Origin: Leucoraja ocellata
Taxonomy: Eukaryota
Length of the DNA stretch: 64,000 nt
Assembly (NCBI GenBank): GCA_036785375.1
Contig: JAWMAR010000001.1
Location: 23,126,001 to 23,190,000 of the forward strand
Direction of reading: 5' to 3'
The notes under the pieces: model-generated
The model's input: only the letters and a program-made list of their open reading frames with translations
The model's database searches: none
What the model was told of the DNA's origin: nothing
Shown: piece by piece, positions 51,637 to 64,000 of the stretch
Layout: each line of letters opens with the position of its first letter
Position numbering within the stretch: the first letter of the stretch is position 1
Program-made: the position numbers and the translations under genes

Positions 51637-53348
51637 CTGAAAGAAATTAGGAAATAACTTTAGACTCTAACAAAGCATTTTAATAAGCAATGTTCAACAG
51701 AGAATAAACATGCAACAGACACATCTTATTAACACAGCAGTGTCAAGAATATAGTTGAATTTTATTCAACCCACTAACTGTTATTACAGAGTGTTGAGAA
51801 TATAAAGTTTCACCAAGTAAACTGACGGGGATTCCAAAAACAAACAGCAAAATACAGAAGGATGCTAGAAGTTTAAAATTAAAACAAAAAATACTGAAAG
51901 TAAGTCAGGCAGCACGTGCGGAGAGGGAAACAAGAGTTAATGTTTTAGATCCTGAACTGTATTTCCCTTTCTCCACAAATGTAGCCAGACCTGCTGAGTA
52001 ACTCCAGTGTTTATGTTTTCACTTGTAAATTCATAAAATCTAGCCTTTCAAATTGTGTTGCTCAATATTGCGCAACAACTATACATAACTTAAATTATTA
52101 GTGACTGTTTTGTCCTGTCTGTTGTGAAGAATTTTCAGTTGTAAACTTTCATCATAGCAAGTGAATTTAATTATTTAACTACAAATCACCTGTAAAGTAT
52201 TTGGACAAAAATTTGGACAGTAAGAATGTGAGTTTACACGATTTGTCTAAACTTTGATAGATTAGAGCAATTAATGATGTATCGTTGTTACAAATCTCAG
52301 GATTAATTTTAGAGATTTCACTGTATTGATCATACCTGTAAGAACACTCTCTCCACTCCCGAGTACCTTCAGGGTATTTTAAAGAATTAAGTAAGACAAT
52401 GGTTAAATGTCTTTTACACGTCTCAGATGCGTGTCTATAATGCTTGATATCTAATCATACTGTAGAAGTAGAACGCATGTAGTTTGCTTCAGAGTCAGGA
52501 ACCACCCCCGCCCCCCCCCCCCCCCCCCCGAAAAAAGGCCTTACGGTTTTTCTACTGCTAATTGTTAACCACCAGGGTATCACCTGGCAGTATATATTTC
52601 CCAATGTGGGTATCTTGGATGTCACCAGTGGTTCCAACAGCTGCCAATATTGACTTGAATTAACAGAAACCACATGGTCTTATACTTGAATCCTTGGAAA
52701 TATAACCCAGCAAATTAGTCAACGGAGTCAGAAATAGATCAAAATTGGAGAGCACATGCAGCAAAAAAAAAAATCCAATTTAGTTGAATGACTCATTTTA
52801 TATGAGCAAAATGCATTCAATACACTTTAATACACCCATCGCCATGGATCGATTTGACTTTACATACAAGTTGAAATAATTGTTTTAAGAGTGAGGTTCT
52901 TGCCCAACTGAGATTACATAGCCTCAAGTTTCACTCCAGAGCACATAAATCAGGTGTTTGTAAGCTCAGTGGTAGGAGCAGAATTAGGTAATTTGCTCCA
53001 TCAAGTCTGCTCCGCGATTCAATCATCTCGCCCTCCGAACCCCATTCTCCTGCCTTCTCCCGATAACTCCCGACTCCTGAACATGTTATATAAGCACTGT
53101 AATACACAAACTGCCCTTTTTTAAAAATAATTCAATGGACATTGTACAAGTTGAAAGATTACAATTTTCCCCAGAGTCCCCACGATAATCTGAATAAACA
53201 CTTAAAGCTGTGAAACAATTAACGTAATTATTTTCTGTGGCCACAAATATTACAATGAAGGAAAGTCGGCTGAAATACCAATCTTTCAAAATTTCAAGGA
53301 CTGAACAAAAGATATGTTGCAAAATAAAGTTTCCCACATTTATCAATA

Positions 53349-53948
53349 AGTGAGTTCGGTATTCCGACTGCGCATGCCCAGGTCATAGGTCACTCATCAT
53401 ACTCATTGTCGTTAGCGGATCTGCTGTGCGTTATCAGACCTTCGTTTCATTCGTATTTTCCAGCTTTGATTTTTCTAGGTAAGAAAATACTACTTTCAAC
53501 CTAGTTGTATTTATTGTTCCTTTGTATAAAGCTACGATGATTTTGTCGTTTAATGCTTCGGTGAGTGCTTTATGCTTCGTGCTGCTCCGTGGGGTCGGTG
53601 TCGGGTCTCCGGCGCTGCAGGCGCTGTTGAGTTGCTGCTGGGTCGTCCACGTCCCCTCCCGGGCGTCCTGTCCCTGTCTGGATGTGTCGAGGTTCGATCC
53701 TGGCTGCGGATGAGGTGCAGGTCTGTGTGCGTGCTCCTCCCACTCGCATCTGCCCCTCTCTCTCGTTGTTACACCCCACTCTCCCGCTATCTGGCACCCC
53801 CGTTCCTCAGATTAAATATATTTTTACACATTAATTATGAATAAAAATAAGAACTTATACACAGTTTCTTCAGCTAGCGCTTCGTTCACTTTTTCTTTAT
53901 GGCATATGACCTTCGATTCCTCGCGTTTTTCAGAATACCGAACTCGCT
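53349..53948. mobile_element. Putative non-autonomous DNA element with 19-bp imperfect TIRs
   Basis: AGTGAGTTCGGTATTCCGA (53349-53367) versus TCAGAATACCGAACTCGCT (53930-53948); CpG-rich interior. Confidence 0.55.
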
Positions 53949-53984
53949 AACTGGTTGGTCCCAACCCAATTGCTTCACATTATC

Positions 53985-55365
53985 ACTGACTCCAACTTAA
54001 TTTACAAATTCGCAGACGACACCACCATAGTGGGCCGGATATCAGATAATGATGAGACGGAGTACAAGAAGAAATTTAAGAAACTCGTAACCTGGTGCCA
54101 AGACGAGAACATTTCCCTCAATGTCAGCAAGACAAAGAAGTTTGTGATCGACTTCAGGAAGTGAAGTGGTACACATACCGGTCGGTATACATCGATGGTG
54201 CCAAAGTAGACATGGTTAATATCTTCAAGTTCTTAGGATTAAATATCACCAGCAACTTGTCCTGGACCAGGCATACTGAAGCAATGGCCAAAAATGCACA
54301 CCAACACCTCTTCTTCGTAAGAAGGCTTAGGAGGTTCGACACACTCCCAACAACTCTCACCTATCCGAGTTGATGATGGTCCAATTCTACACGCCCATCG
54401 TAGTAGAGTCTGTTCTCACCTTCTCCATCATGGTCTGGTTCGGCTCAGCCACCAAGCACGACACCTGAAGGTTATTGGCTGCAACCTTCCCTTCACTGAA
54501 AGGGCCAGGAAGGGAGCGGGCAAGATCATCTCTGACCCCTCTCACCTTGGCCATAAGCTCCTTGAATCACTTCCCTCTGGAAGGCGACTTCGGACTGTCA
54601 AAGCTGCCTCAGCCAGACATAAAAACAGTTTTTATCCACGAGAAGTTGCTTTACTCAACAGCCAAAAATCTGTAGCCTCCCTTTGATCTGGTATTTTGTT
54701 GCTTCACATGCTTGATCAATGGTGTTTTATCATTAATGTTTTATTATTAATGTTTAGTGTTTTCTGAGTCATTCGTTACTGTCACTGTATGTCATGTTGT
54801 TACTTGTGGGTGGAGTACCAAGGCAAATTCCTTGTATGTGAACACTTGGCCAATAAACGTACTTACTATGTCTTCAGATGGGCTGCAGAAAGCATTTTAT
54901 GGCAATGCGTCACAGCATGGTTTGAGACGAGGTCCATCCAAGATCGCAAAAAATTGCAGAGAATTGTAGACACAGCTCAGACCATCATGCAAACCAACCT
55001 CCATCGACACGTGACACAACCTCGGCAAGGTCACCAGTAAAATTGGTGTCTCCCTCTTCTCCCCTTCCAGGCAAGAGGTACAGAAGTAAGAAAGTGCATA
55101 CCTCCATATTCAGGGACAGGTCCTTCCCAGCTGTTAACAGACAATTGAACCATTCTATTACCAACTGGAAAGCGGTCCTAACCTACCATCTACCTCATTG
55201 GAGACCCTTAGACTATCTTTAATCGGACTTTATCTTGCACCAAACTTTATTGTGTATCTGTAAACTGTGGACGGCTTGATTGCAATCATGTATAGTCTTC
55301 TGCTGACTGGATAGTATGCAACAAAGAGCTTTTCACTGTACCTCAGTGCACGTGACAATAAACAA
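53985..55365 (+). mobile_element. Rex1/Babar-type LINE 3' portion(s), composite
   Basis: KFADDTTIVGRI, LNVSKTKKFVIDFRK, FKFLGLNI; a second related 3' end appears inserted at ~54365-54870. Confidence 0.8.
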
Positions 55366-56399
55366 ATTGATTGATTGATACTTCATTATCATGTGACATT
55401 TCAGTGAAAATTCTGTTTTGCAGACCATACACATGGTATGCAGAGTCACCACGCATAGGGTATTGACAAAGTTACAAAGTATTCATTACATTTCATTATT
55501 CAGTCCTCAATGGCCTCTTTGTTCTCAGCAGCTCTCACGTGCTGGTCCCACTTTGTTCTTAGTGGCACATCCTCGACAGACCTCTGGCACCCATTGCAGA
55601 CCCATGCAACCTCCGGTATCCACCGCAGCCCCGTCCGACCTCTGGCAGTCACCGCGAGCCCGTCCTCAGCTGCCCGCCATCCAGTCCTCTCTTGGATAGC
55701 TTAGTGGCGCTCACAGGGAGCTTTCGATGGCCTTCCTCACAGCCCCAGCGGCCCTCCTCACTCCTCGTCAGCCCACCTCACTCTTGGCGGTTGAGAGGGT
55801 CTCTCGTCACTCTCACGGGTCCTAACAATGATTATTCCTTGGCGAGCTGGGTCTACCAGGCGGGTCCGACGTCTGCACCAGGAACATTCCCGGACGGGCT
55901 ACTCGCCGGGAACTAATCTAATTTATTTTACGTCCTCAACAGACTCGGGAGAAAGATCACTATCCCGATCAGAGATGGTCTTTTTTCAATGCCTGCTTTT
56001 CAGAACGACCATTTCTTACATACATCAATATCAGCCAATCCAATGCATATGCAAATCAGAATCCTATTGTTACTTTAGCCAGTTTAGAAAAACATACCGA
56101 TTCATCTCCCTATTTAAATATTCCAATGACCTGTACAGCACACTTTAAAATACTAATGCGGGTTCTGGCAAGTCTATACGAGAGGATTATTCAACCACAA
56201 TGCTGACTGTATCCAGCTAGAACACTGTCAATGCGTGAGAAACGTCCAGATATTTAATCTGCTCAAATCTGCTTGCTTGACAGGACCATTGGCTCAATTA
56301 GCACAATAGTAAAGAACAGCAGGTTCAGCAGAACAATATGAATGGTAATTGAGAGTGATGCATTCAGGGAGTGATGCCTTGATATTCGGGAATTCGAAA

Positions 56400-57160
56400 T
56401 TCTGATATCCATAACATGCACATGTTCTTCAATGTCAACATGGCCATCTATGGCCCTGATTTGGGGGCACAGATGGCCTTGACAGCAGTGAAGAACATGT
56501 GCACATCATGGATATCAGAGTTGCTAATCTCATACACCATCTGTTCGTCTTCCTCCACCATCTGTTCTCTAGATCTTTGGATTTTCACCATCTTCCGATG
56601 TCTGCAGATCTGTTTTATTCACCGTGAGGCACAGTACCTTCAACTTTAGCAATTTATTACATATGCAGTTATTTAGCTCCTGGAACCTCTGGTTATTTTC
56701 AAACAAAACCAGTTATTTCACAGGTGTCGATCATGGTTGCCCTCTGGGAAGTGCGTTGGTTGTGGATACTGTGCGGTTCCTATTGGCTCGGGGGCGTTTT
56801 TTCTCCATTTTTCTCATGGCAGCATTTTGGAGATATGTTGATGGAGATGACAGAAGAGATGAGGGAGTGATCAGTCCACCTGTCATTGTACAAGTGATGC
56901 AGAGACCCTTATGGTCCTTTACTCAATGATGCAAGCTAACAAGTGCCAGTGTCAGGACAAAGCTATTATCAAGAGATAATATCCTCATCTTTCTAATGAA
57001 ATAAGGCAGTGGTTGTGACAATATTGTGCTCCAAACATTTTGCTGATCAGAAAATTGCATCTTCATGCTGAAGTTATCCAGGAAGATCAGTTTGTCTCCC
57101 TTTAGCTTAAGGGCCAGACTTCCTCCTTCGTCTGTGTAGGAAGTTGTCATCCAGCTAATT
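56400..57160 (-). mobile_element. RTE-like LINE 5' fragment, decayed
   Basis: cttcccagagggcaaccatgatcgacacctg-type remnant; weak. Confidence 0.4.
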
Positions 57161-57341
57161 TCATTGTTCGTATCACTTTGTTTTCAACCTGTCCACAACC
57201 AAAAATTGACCTTTCCTGGGTCATCGATGCCGGTTCTGATCTGTTCTCTACATTTTCTTGCTGATGTCAAATGCAAGGCCTGTTAATTACTATGCCTCAA
57301 TTGAATAAGTCAATTGTGACCTGGAGTTGTCTCCAAATGTA

Positions 57342-57506
57342 CAGTGCCCTTCATAATGTTTGGGAGAAAGGCCCATCATTTACTTATTTGCCTCTGGACT
57401 CCACAATGTTTAGATTTGTAATAGGAAAAATCACACGCGGTTAAAGTGCACATTGTCAGATTTTAATAAAGGCCATGTTTATACATTTTGGTTTCACCAT
57501 GTAGAA
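57342..57506 (+). mobile_element. Tc1 left-terminus fragment (same family as 46245-47392)
   Basis: TA+CAGTGCCCTTCATAATGTTTGGG...; aligns by eye with 46245-46400. Confidence 0.7.
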
Positions 57507-60500
57507 GTTGGCGGACTCTTGCTGGGGACCAACTTTGGGCGCTCCAACCACAGGAGCCTGCAGGACTTAACATGGTGATGCCTGTCGGGAATCGACCTCG
57601 GAAGCTCCAACCATGGGAGCCTGCGAAGCTCCACCATCGTGAGCTCATCATCCTTGGTTAGGGTCCGACCGGGAGCTCCAGGCCGCAGGAGCTTTGACCA
57701 CCCCGATCATGGGAGCTTCAACCGCCCCGACTTGGGGGCTTCGTTCGCCAGTTGTGGGAGCTTCAATCGCCCCTACTGCGATGGTTCAACTGCCCCGATC
57801 GCGGAAGAATGAAGAGGGAAGATTAGACTTTATTGCCTTCTATCAGTGAAGAATGTAGAATCTGCTGTGGTGGATGTTTATGTTAACTTTTATGTAGTTG
57901 TGTGTCTTGTTGCTTTTTTTTTTAGTATGACTGTATGGTAAATCGCATATCACTGTACCTCAATTGGTACACGTGACAATAAAATACCTTGAACATTCTC
58001 TGGAGCCACATTTCGGCGAAGGTGATGAAATACACCACTATCTTCAGTGTTTCAGCACAACATTTGGTTGACTGAGAGAAAGGTCCTTAAAAACAAAAAT
58101 CAAGACTTCAATCATGGCACAAAAATAATTTGACTACGTATCAGTGCTCCTTGCCCTCTAATGTACCTCAGAGACTTGAACTACCTACAGCATGTAATTC
58201 AAAGCACTGTCATAGTCTCCACAGAAACATATCCTTCAAATTCACTGGAAGGTTGTGGAAAATATCATCCAAGGTCAAATTCCCGGCCTTGAGCATAATC
58301 ACACTCAGTTGGCTCTATCGAGCAAACTATGCAGTTTGTGTCCTTGACATCACAAAACAAATATATTATTCCCAACTCTGGCACAGAAAAGAGATTACCA
58401 AGCACTCGGAATAAATTCAAGGATATTTTCAAACCCTCCTTGCAAATAAAAAGCATCAATCTATGACTCATGAGAAGACTTCTTGATCTAGAACTGTTCA
58501 AAGAGATAAGGAGCATTTGGAGTGGCACCGAGTACCCCGAATGACCAATATGTAGGCCATACTCAGAAATACCATGTAAATGACGGAAAGTATACTACTT
58601 TACAAACTATCCACTTGCCCATCTTGCAACCCTTGCTTCCTCCGTGAAAGAGTTAGTTGTTCACACATGGTACTCCTCAAATAACTCAGAACCCATGGAA
58701 CTGGAATAGAAGTCTTCCTCAATATCAAAGGATATTCTAAGGAAGAGGAGCATGTTAAATGCTCTATAGTCTATAACAATACTCTCCAAAGACAGTATGG
58801 GGATGGTTGGATAATCACTCAATTCCCTGAGTAACCAAAAATCTATTGACCCATCTTCAATGACAATTACTTTTCATTTAAGACTGGAAGGAAATTTAAA
58901 TTAAAGTCTCTTGTTAAAAATGACCCAAAAGGAACACAATTAATGCTCATTGCATGTCCAAATTTTCTGCTTCAGACATAACTGGAGGAGAACCTATGAA
59001 CCAGCAGTTTTTAGCCACCCGACTTCTCGAGCCTCCTCACCATTGAATGAAATCATGGTTCACCTAACTGCATAGTACACTACACTACACAATTCAATTT
59101 ACAGCAAGAACCTTTCATTGCCTTGCTTTTCAAGTACCTACCTGCACCTTAAAAATGTTCTGACTGTGCACTGTCATGAGGAAGATAGTTAAAAAAAACC
59201 TCACAACTATTGAGATAATTTAGCCTTATCCATGTCATATAACAGGTTTCCTCACATGAAGAAAAAATTACTCACTACATCCATCTTATCAAAACTTCTT
59301 AGGATCTTTTATGTCCCCATTACTCTTCCAAACTCAACTGATGACAAACCTAGCCTGTCCAACCTTTCCTCATCGGACAATACATATCTGGAGAACATGG
59401 ATAGGTGACATTTCAGGATCCTTATTCAGACTGAGCAAAGATCACGGAGGGGGAGCAGTGAGGGAGAGTTTCACAGAACACCCATCAGAGAACTTCTTCA
59501 ATGCCTCTCATAACTTTATATGCTTCTATCTGATCTTTATTTTGTCAAAATTGGATATATTTCTATTAGTTGCTAATAATTCTACATTTCATTTTACGTA
59601 TACTTTGTACCATCCTTTGCCAAAATGTGAATACCTGTTTGGTTTTGAGATTTAACTTATCAAAGATTTTTTCCCCTCCTAATTACTTTGGATGGGAGCC
59701 TTGGAATAACACTTCTGCGTTGAAACATTATTAACTTCCCTATTAAAAGGTATAGGTATAAATACCACTTAAAAAAAAATGCACAGCAATAAATTTGTGC
59801 AAGATAATTGCTTTACCTCAGTAACTTGAATGCCAAAGTTGAATTTTTTTTAGTACCTACGAAGATAATTACAGAATCATCTATCACCAAAAGTTCATTT
59901 TAAGAGCATTGCAAATTCTGCTGTGCCGTATCGGAACAACATGCACTTTTATACAACAATAGTAATTCCTCCTTACTTGCTCATAGCCTTGACTCATTTT
60001 AGCACTAAGTACTAAGCAAAAGGGTAGGACAAATACAAGAGATGCTAATCATCATCCGATTGTTGAGTAGTACGTAAATGATCATGCACCCACAGACATT
60101 GCTCAATTCCGCAGCATGTGCTGCAACTCCAGTTGCCATTTTTCACGCCCAGCTCAGCTGCACTTCTGCTGCCCCAGGCATTAGTTCCTTTCGTTTCCAG
60201 GAGACGGCCGACAGTTGCTGAGCAACCAGACTAATAATTAACTCAATGTAGGCTAAAACACTTGGGCAGAATGCCAGTATTAAACAGAATAAATTCAGTT
60301 TTCCAAATCCATTGGCAGAATAAGCGAACCAGTGTTAGCATCCTGTCCCAAGCCAAGATCTCCACTGTTGAGGTTGTAATTCACTCCCGTGAGAAAACCA
60401 TGTAGTTCACATGCCTGATACCAGGCAACCAAATCAGACATGTATTTGGACCACATTTAATTTCCTGTTGTGGTTGAGCTCAGAGAGATCTTCTCAGAGC

Positions 60501-60799
60501 CTCTAAGAAAATGTAACCACTTCCGATTTGTGAGAGTCACTGATAAATAACTCAGAATGGTGAACAAGCATGGCATGGAGAACTTAAGAGTCCATTTCTT
60601 GGAAACTCGCAAAGGGCAAATGTAAATGATGAAGTGTACCCATTCTCAAACTGTCCACATGCGTACACATGTCGTGACAGTCAACAAGAGGTCAGCCACC
60701 TCAGTAGGTGCGATTCTCAACCCTGAGGGACAGCCTAAGAAGTGAACAAGGGACACAGGATTCAGAAGCAAAATATGAGGAAGCAGTAAGTGCAAAATA

Positions 60800-61535
60800 T
60801 CTTTGAAGAAGCCTGGTGGAATATATGCCCCAATTAGCATTAATTGCACCGATGAGGAAATGTTTGAGAACATCAAGTTTGTTGGTGTTAAAATTACCAA
60901 TGATCTGTCATGGACCATCCATATTAATGCAACAGTCAAGAAGGCACAGCAATGCCTCTACTTCTGTAGGTGATTGAGGAAATACGACTTGCCTCCAATG
61001 ACTGTTACAAAATTCTACAGATCCACCGTAGAAAGCATACTGTAAGGTCGCATCACAACTGGGTTTGGGAACAGCTCAGCCCAAGAAATTAACAGGAAGA
61101 TATTGCAGAGTTGTAGGTGTAGCCTAGTGCATCACAGTGTAGAATCCCCATGATCTACGCCATCTGTACTACACAATGCTTCGAACAGTCTTGCCCAACC
61201 CCTATCGTTCCTTCTTCGCTAAAGGTATAGAAGCTTCAAAGCACATCCCACCAAACTCAGAAACAGCTTCTTCATCTGTGTCATCAGCTTCCATAAGCTA
61301 GAGTACTGTCTGATTCACCTCTACTCCATAGTAGACATTGGACTTTGTCTAAGAAACTGTTGCGCCACAATGCCAAGAACTATATTCTGTACTTTGTATC
61401 TTCCCCTTTGCATTGCCTATTGTGCTTGAGTTTGACTTGATTGTACTCATGTATTGTATTCTCTGATCTATTTGGAAAGCATGCAAAACTATGTTTTTCA
61501 CTGTACCTCAGTACATGTGACGATAATAAATCTAA
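60800..61535 (+). mobile_element. Rex1/Babar-type LINE 3' fragment
   Basis: KFVGVKITNDLSWTIHI and FYRSTVESIL; tail cactgtacctcagtacatgtgacgataataaa. Confidence 0.75.
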
Positions 61536-62744
61536 ATCCAAGCCTTGATGGGAAGATGGAAGGTTGATTTTATAGAAATAACACTTAATATAGACTCCAA
61601 GTTGATTCGCCAGGTAGTCTGCAAATGTGACAATTTGAACAGGGAAAGTAGGAGCACAGTAGGCCATCTGACCCTTGTAGTAATAGCCGATCATCGCCGT
61701 AGCACCACATCACTGAACTATCCCCATATCCCTTCATATCAAGAAATTAAAGTTTTGAATGAACTCAATGATTTAAGTTTCCAAATCCTTAAGGGCAGAA
61801 AATCCCAAAGATTCACCAGCCACTGCTTAAACAAAAATCATCCTCATCTCAGTCCTATTTTAAGACTGCAACCTCTATGTTCAAGATTCCTCAATCATGT
61901 GAAACATCATCCCCATATTCACCCTATTAGTTGTGATCATCATGGAATAGACCATCCTAAAATAGTCGTCTTTGCTACCATACAACAATCCCAATAAAGG
62001 GAACAAGAAAATATACTTCTGGAATACCAGACAAGTTTGATGTCTTTTTGCTAATTTATCTAATTTTAATATTCAGGACCAGGAAAATATCTCCTCACTG
62101 GTTATATTATAAATCTGAGTAACTATTACTTGGTTCCACACACCAAATACTTGAAATATCACGAGTTACAGCCTCCACTGCCCATTGCTGTTTGACCGTA
62201 AACTGTTCTGCCAAAATCAAAGTTCCAATCATCTTCAAAACAAGAATAGATTTAACTCTGCTTTTATGAGGAACACAGCAAACCATGTGCTTCATATACC
62301 ATGACAGGTGAGCAGCATTTTACCACCCCTCATCGTCAGACCAAGTATTATAAATTCCTAAATTAAAAATAAATGACAACACTCCGATATCTAGAGACGC
62401 AAGAGGCTGCAGATGTTGAAACCTTGAGCAAAAAAAACAAAATGCTGGATGAGCTAAGCAGGCCAGGAATGGAAAAGGACAGCTGATGTTTCAGGTCGTG
62501 ACAACGATGACTCACAGATGCTGCCTGGAAGGCCAGGCACTTTTTTTTTTGTTCAACAGATCTCTTGCTCATTCAAATAGTGATTAGGATTGTAGCTCAG
62601 CTGAGTGGACAAAGTCAATTACAGTCCTTCCAAACAAGTCTAGTCAGAAATTTTCAAATTAGTATTGATTTTGCTTGATAAACAAATACATGGTTATGCA
62701 GAAGCACAAATTAAATTCATTTAAAATCCAACGAGTTGTATTAA

Positions 62745-63446
62745 GTCAAAGTCAAAGTATTCTTTATTGTCATTCGGACCTTTCTGTCTGAACGAAAATA
62801 CCAAAAACACACAATAAACACAAATTTATCATCCACCACAGTGAGTTAACCAGGCACCTCTTCACTGTGATGGAAGGCAAAAGTCTTAAAGTTTTTGTCT
62901 CGTCCCTCCTTGTTCTCCCTCTGCGCTGAGGCGATCCAGGCCAGGTGATGGTAAGTAAGTCAGTCCCGCGGCTCAACCGTGCTCCGTGAACGGGCTGGTT
63001 CAAACCCCGCGGCCCGGGGTGGTCGAAGCTGCCGCCCTCCAGTCCAGTGGACGAAGCTGTTGTTGCGGGAGCTCCAGAAAAACAGGTCACCAACCTGTGA
63101 CCTGCAAGCTCCCGACGATGTCGTCCACTGTGCCCGCGGCTGAGCCTCCGAAGTCGGGTCCGCCACCGGAACGCTGCCACAGCGCCAAGTCGGTCCGCCG
63201 CCGGAACGCCACCACAGCTCTGAGGCCGCCAGTTCCGCCATTAGGCCTCAGCGCAGACGGAGAATACGACAAAAAAAGTCGCATCCCCCTCGAAAGAAGA
63301 CTAAAGCCATGTTTCTCCCACTCCCCCACACATACACAACCAAATAAAACTAAATGCAACTAACTTTAACTAAAACAGAAAAGAAGAAAACAAACAAAAA
63401 AGACGGACTGCAGGCGAGCCGCTGCTGCCAGGCAGTGCCGCCACTT
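62745..63446 (-). mobile_element. Non-autonomous CpG-rich retroelement
   Basis: 3' tail gacaataaa...(tttgac)n; GC-rich body. Confidence 0.6.
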
Positions 63447-63774
63447 ACGGATATTGAAGTTGAATTAAGAAATTCCAGCATAGGACACAATGCGATTCGA
63501 AGTAATATCTGTCCAGGATTTTGGGGCGGATGTAATTTTTTCCTGATCTTCTTCCTTAACAAAGCCAGACTGTTTTGCCTATATCTTCTACATCCTACTA
63601 CATTTTGATTGGTCTGCACTATGTTAAGCAAACTACTTTGTTCCCCAGTAGTCTTGATGATGTGAAGGAAACAGTGATGGAAGTTACGGAATCTTCTGAA
63701 ATCCTCACTGCTGACAAATGTAGTGTTAAGGATGGCACCATTGGAAGTGAAAAAGATTAATCTTATATATTAAC

Positions 63775-63872
63775 AGTAGGCAAAAATGCTGGAGAAACTC
63801 AGCGGGTGAGGCAGCATCAAAGGAGCGAAGGAATAGGTGACGTTTCAGGTCGAGACCCTTCCTCAGACTGTC
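63775..63872 (-). mobile_element. Penelope terminal-repeat fragment with hammerhead core
   Basis: CTGAGGAAGGGTCTCGACCTGAAACGTC on the minus strand. Confidence 0.7.
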
Positions 63873-64000
63873 AGATATCTACATCTCAGACAGAAGTTCA
63901 ATTGGAGATCTAAAATCTAATTCAGCGATTAATTTCTGTAGAATATTTAATATTGGTCACTTTTTTTTTAAACCGATGAAGAGCGAGTGCCAATGCTGTG

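Overview
Eukaryotic genomic DNA, AT-rich and repeat-dense. The repeat set (HE1-type V-SINE, CR1/HER1-type LINE, Penelope, Rex1/Babar, Vingi, Tc1, Harbinger-like MITEs) suggests a cartilaginous fish, probably a skate or ray (inference). The window holds the 5' part of ATF7IP (MCAF1, the SETDB1 cofactor) on the minus strand. I traced nine coding exons by hand (28673 down to 5863), all with GT-AG sites and a continuous frame of 831 codons. The canonical SIM and FN3 exons were not found and presumably lie left of base 1. The standout feature is an intact Crypton-type tyrosine recombinase ORF (3281-4618) inside the next ATF7IP intron, on the same strand. It has a phase-0 acceptor matching the phase-0 donor of the preceding exon, its own stop and AATAAA, and the R-H-R-H-Y catalytic residues intact. 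This predicts a ~1276-aa ATF7IP-recombinase fusion isoform. Other observations: Penelope-derived fold-back insertions with 10-15 bp target duplications, hammerhead ribozyme cores, a full-length IR/DR Tc1, a LINE nested in a MITE, and a candidate alternative promoter with a uORF abutting the ATF7IP start.
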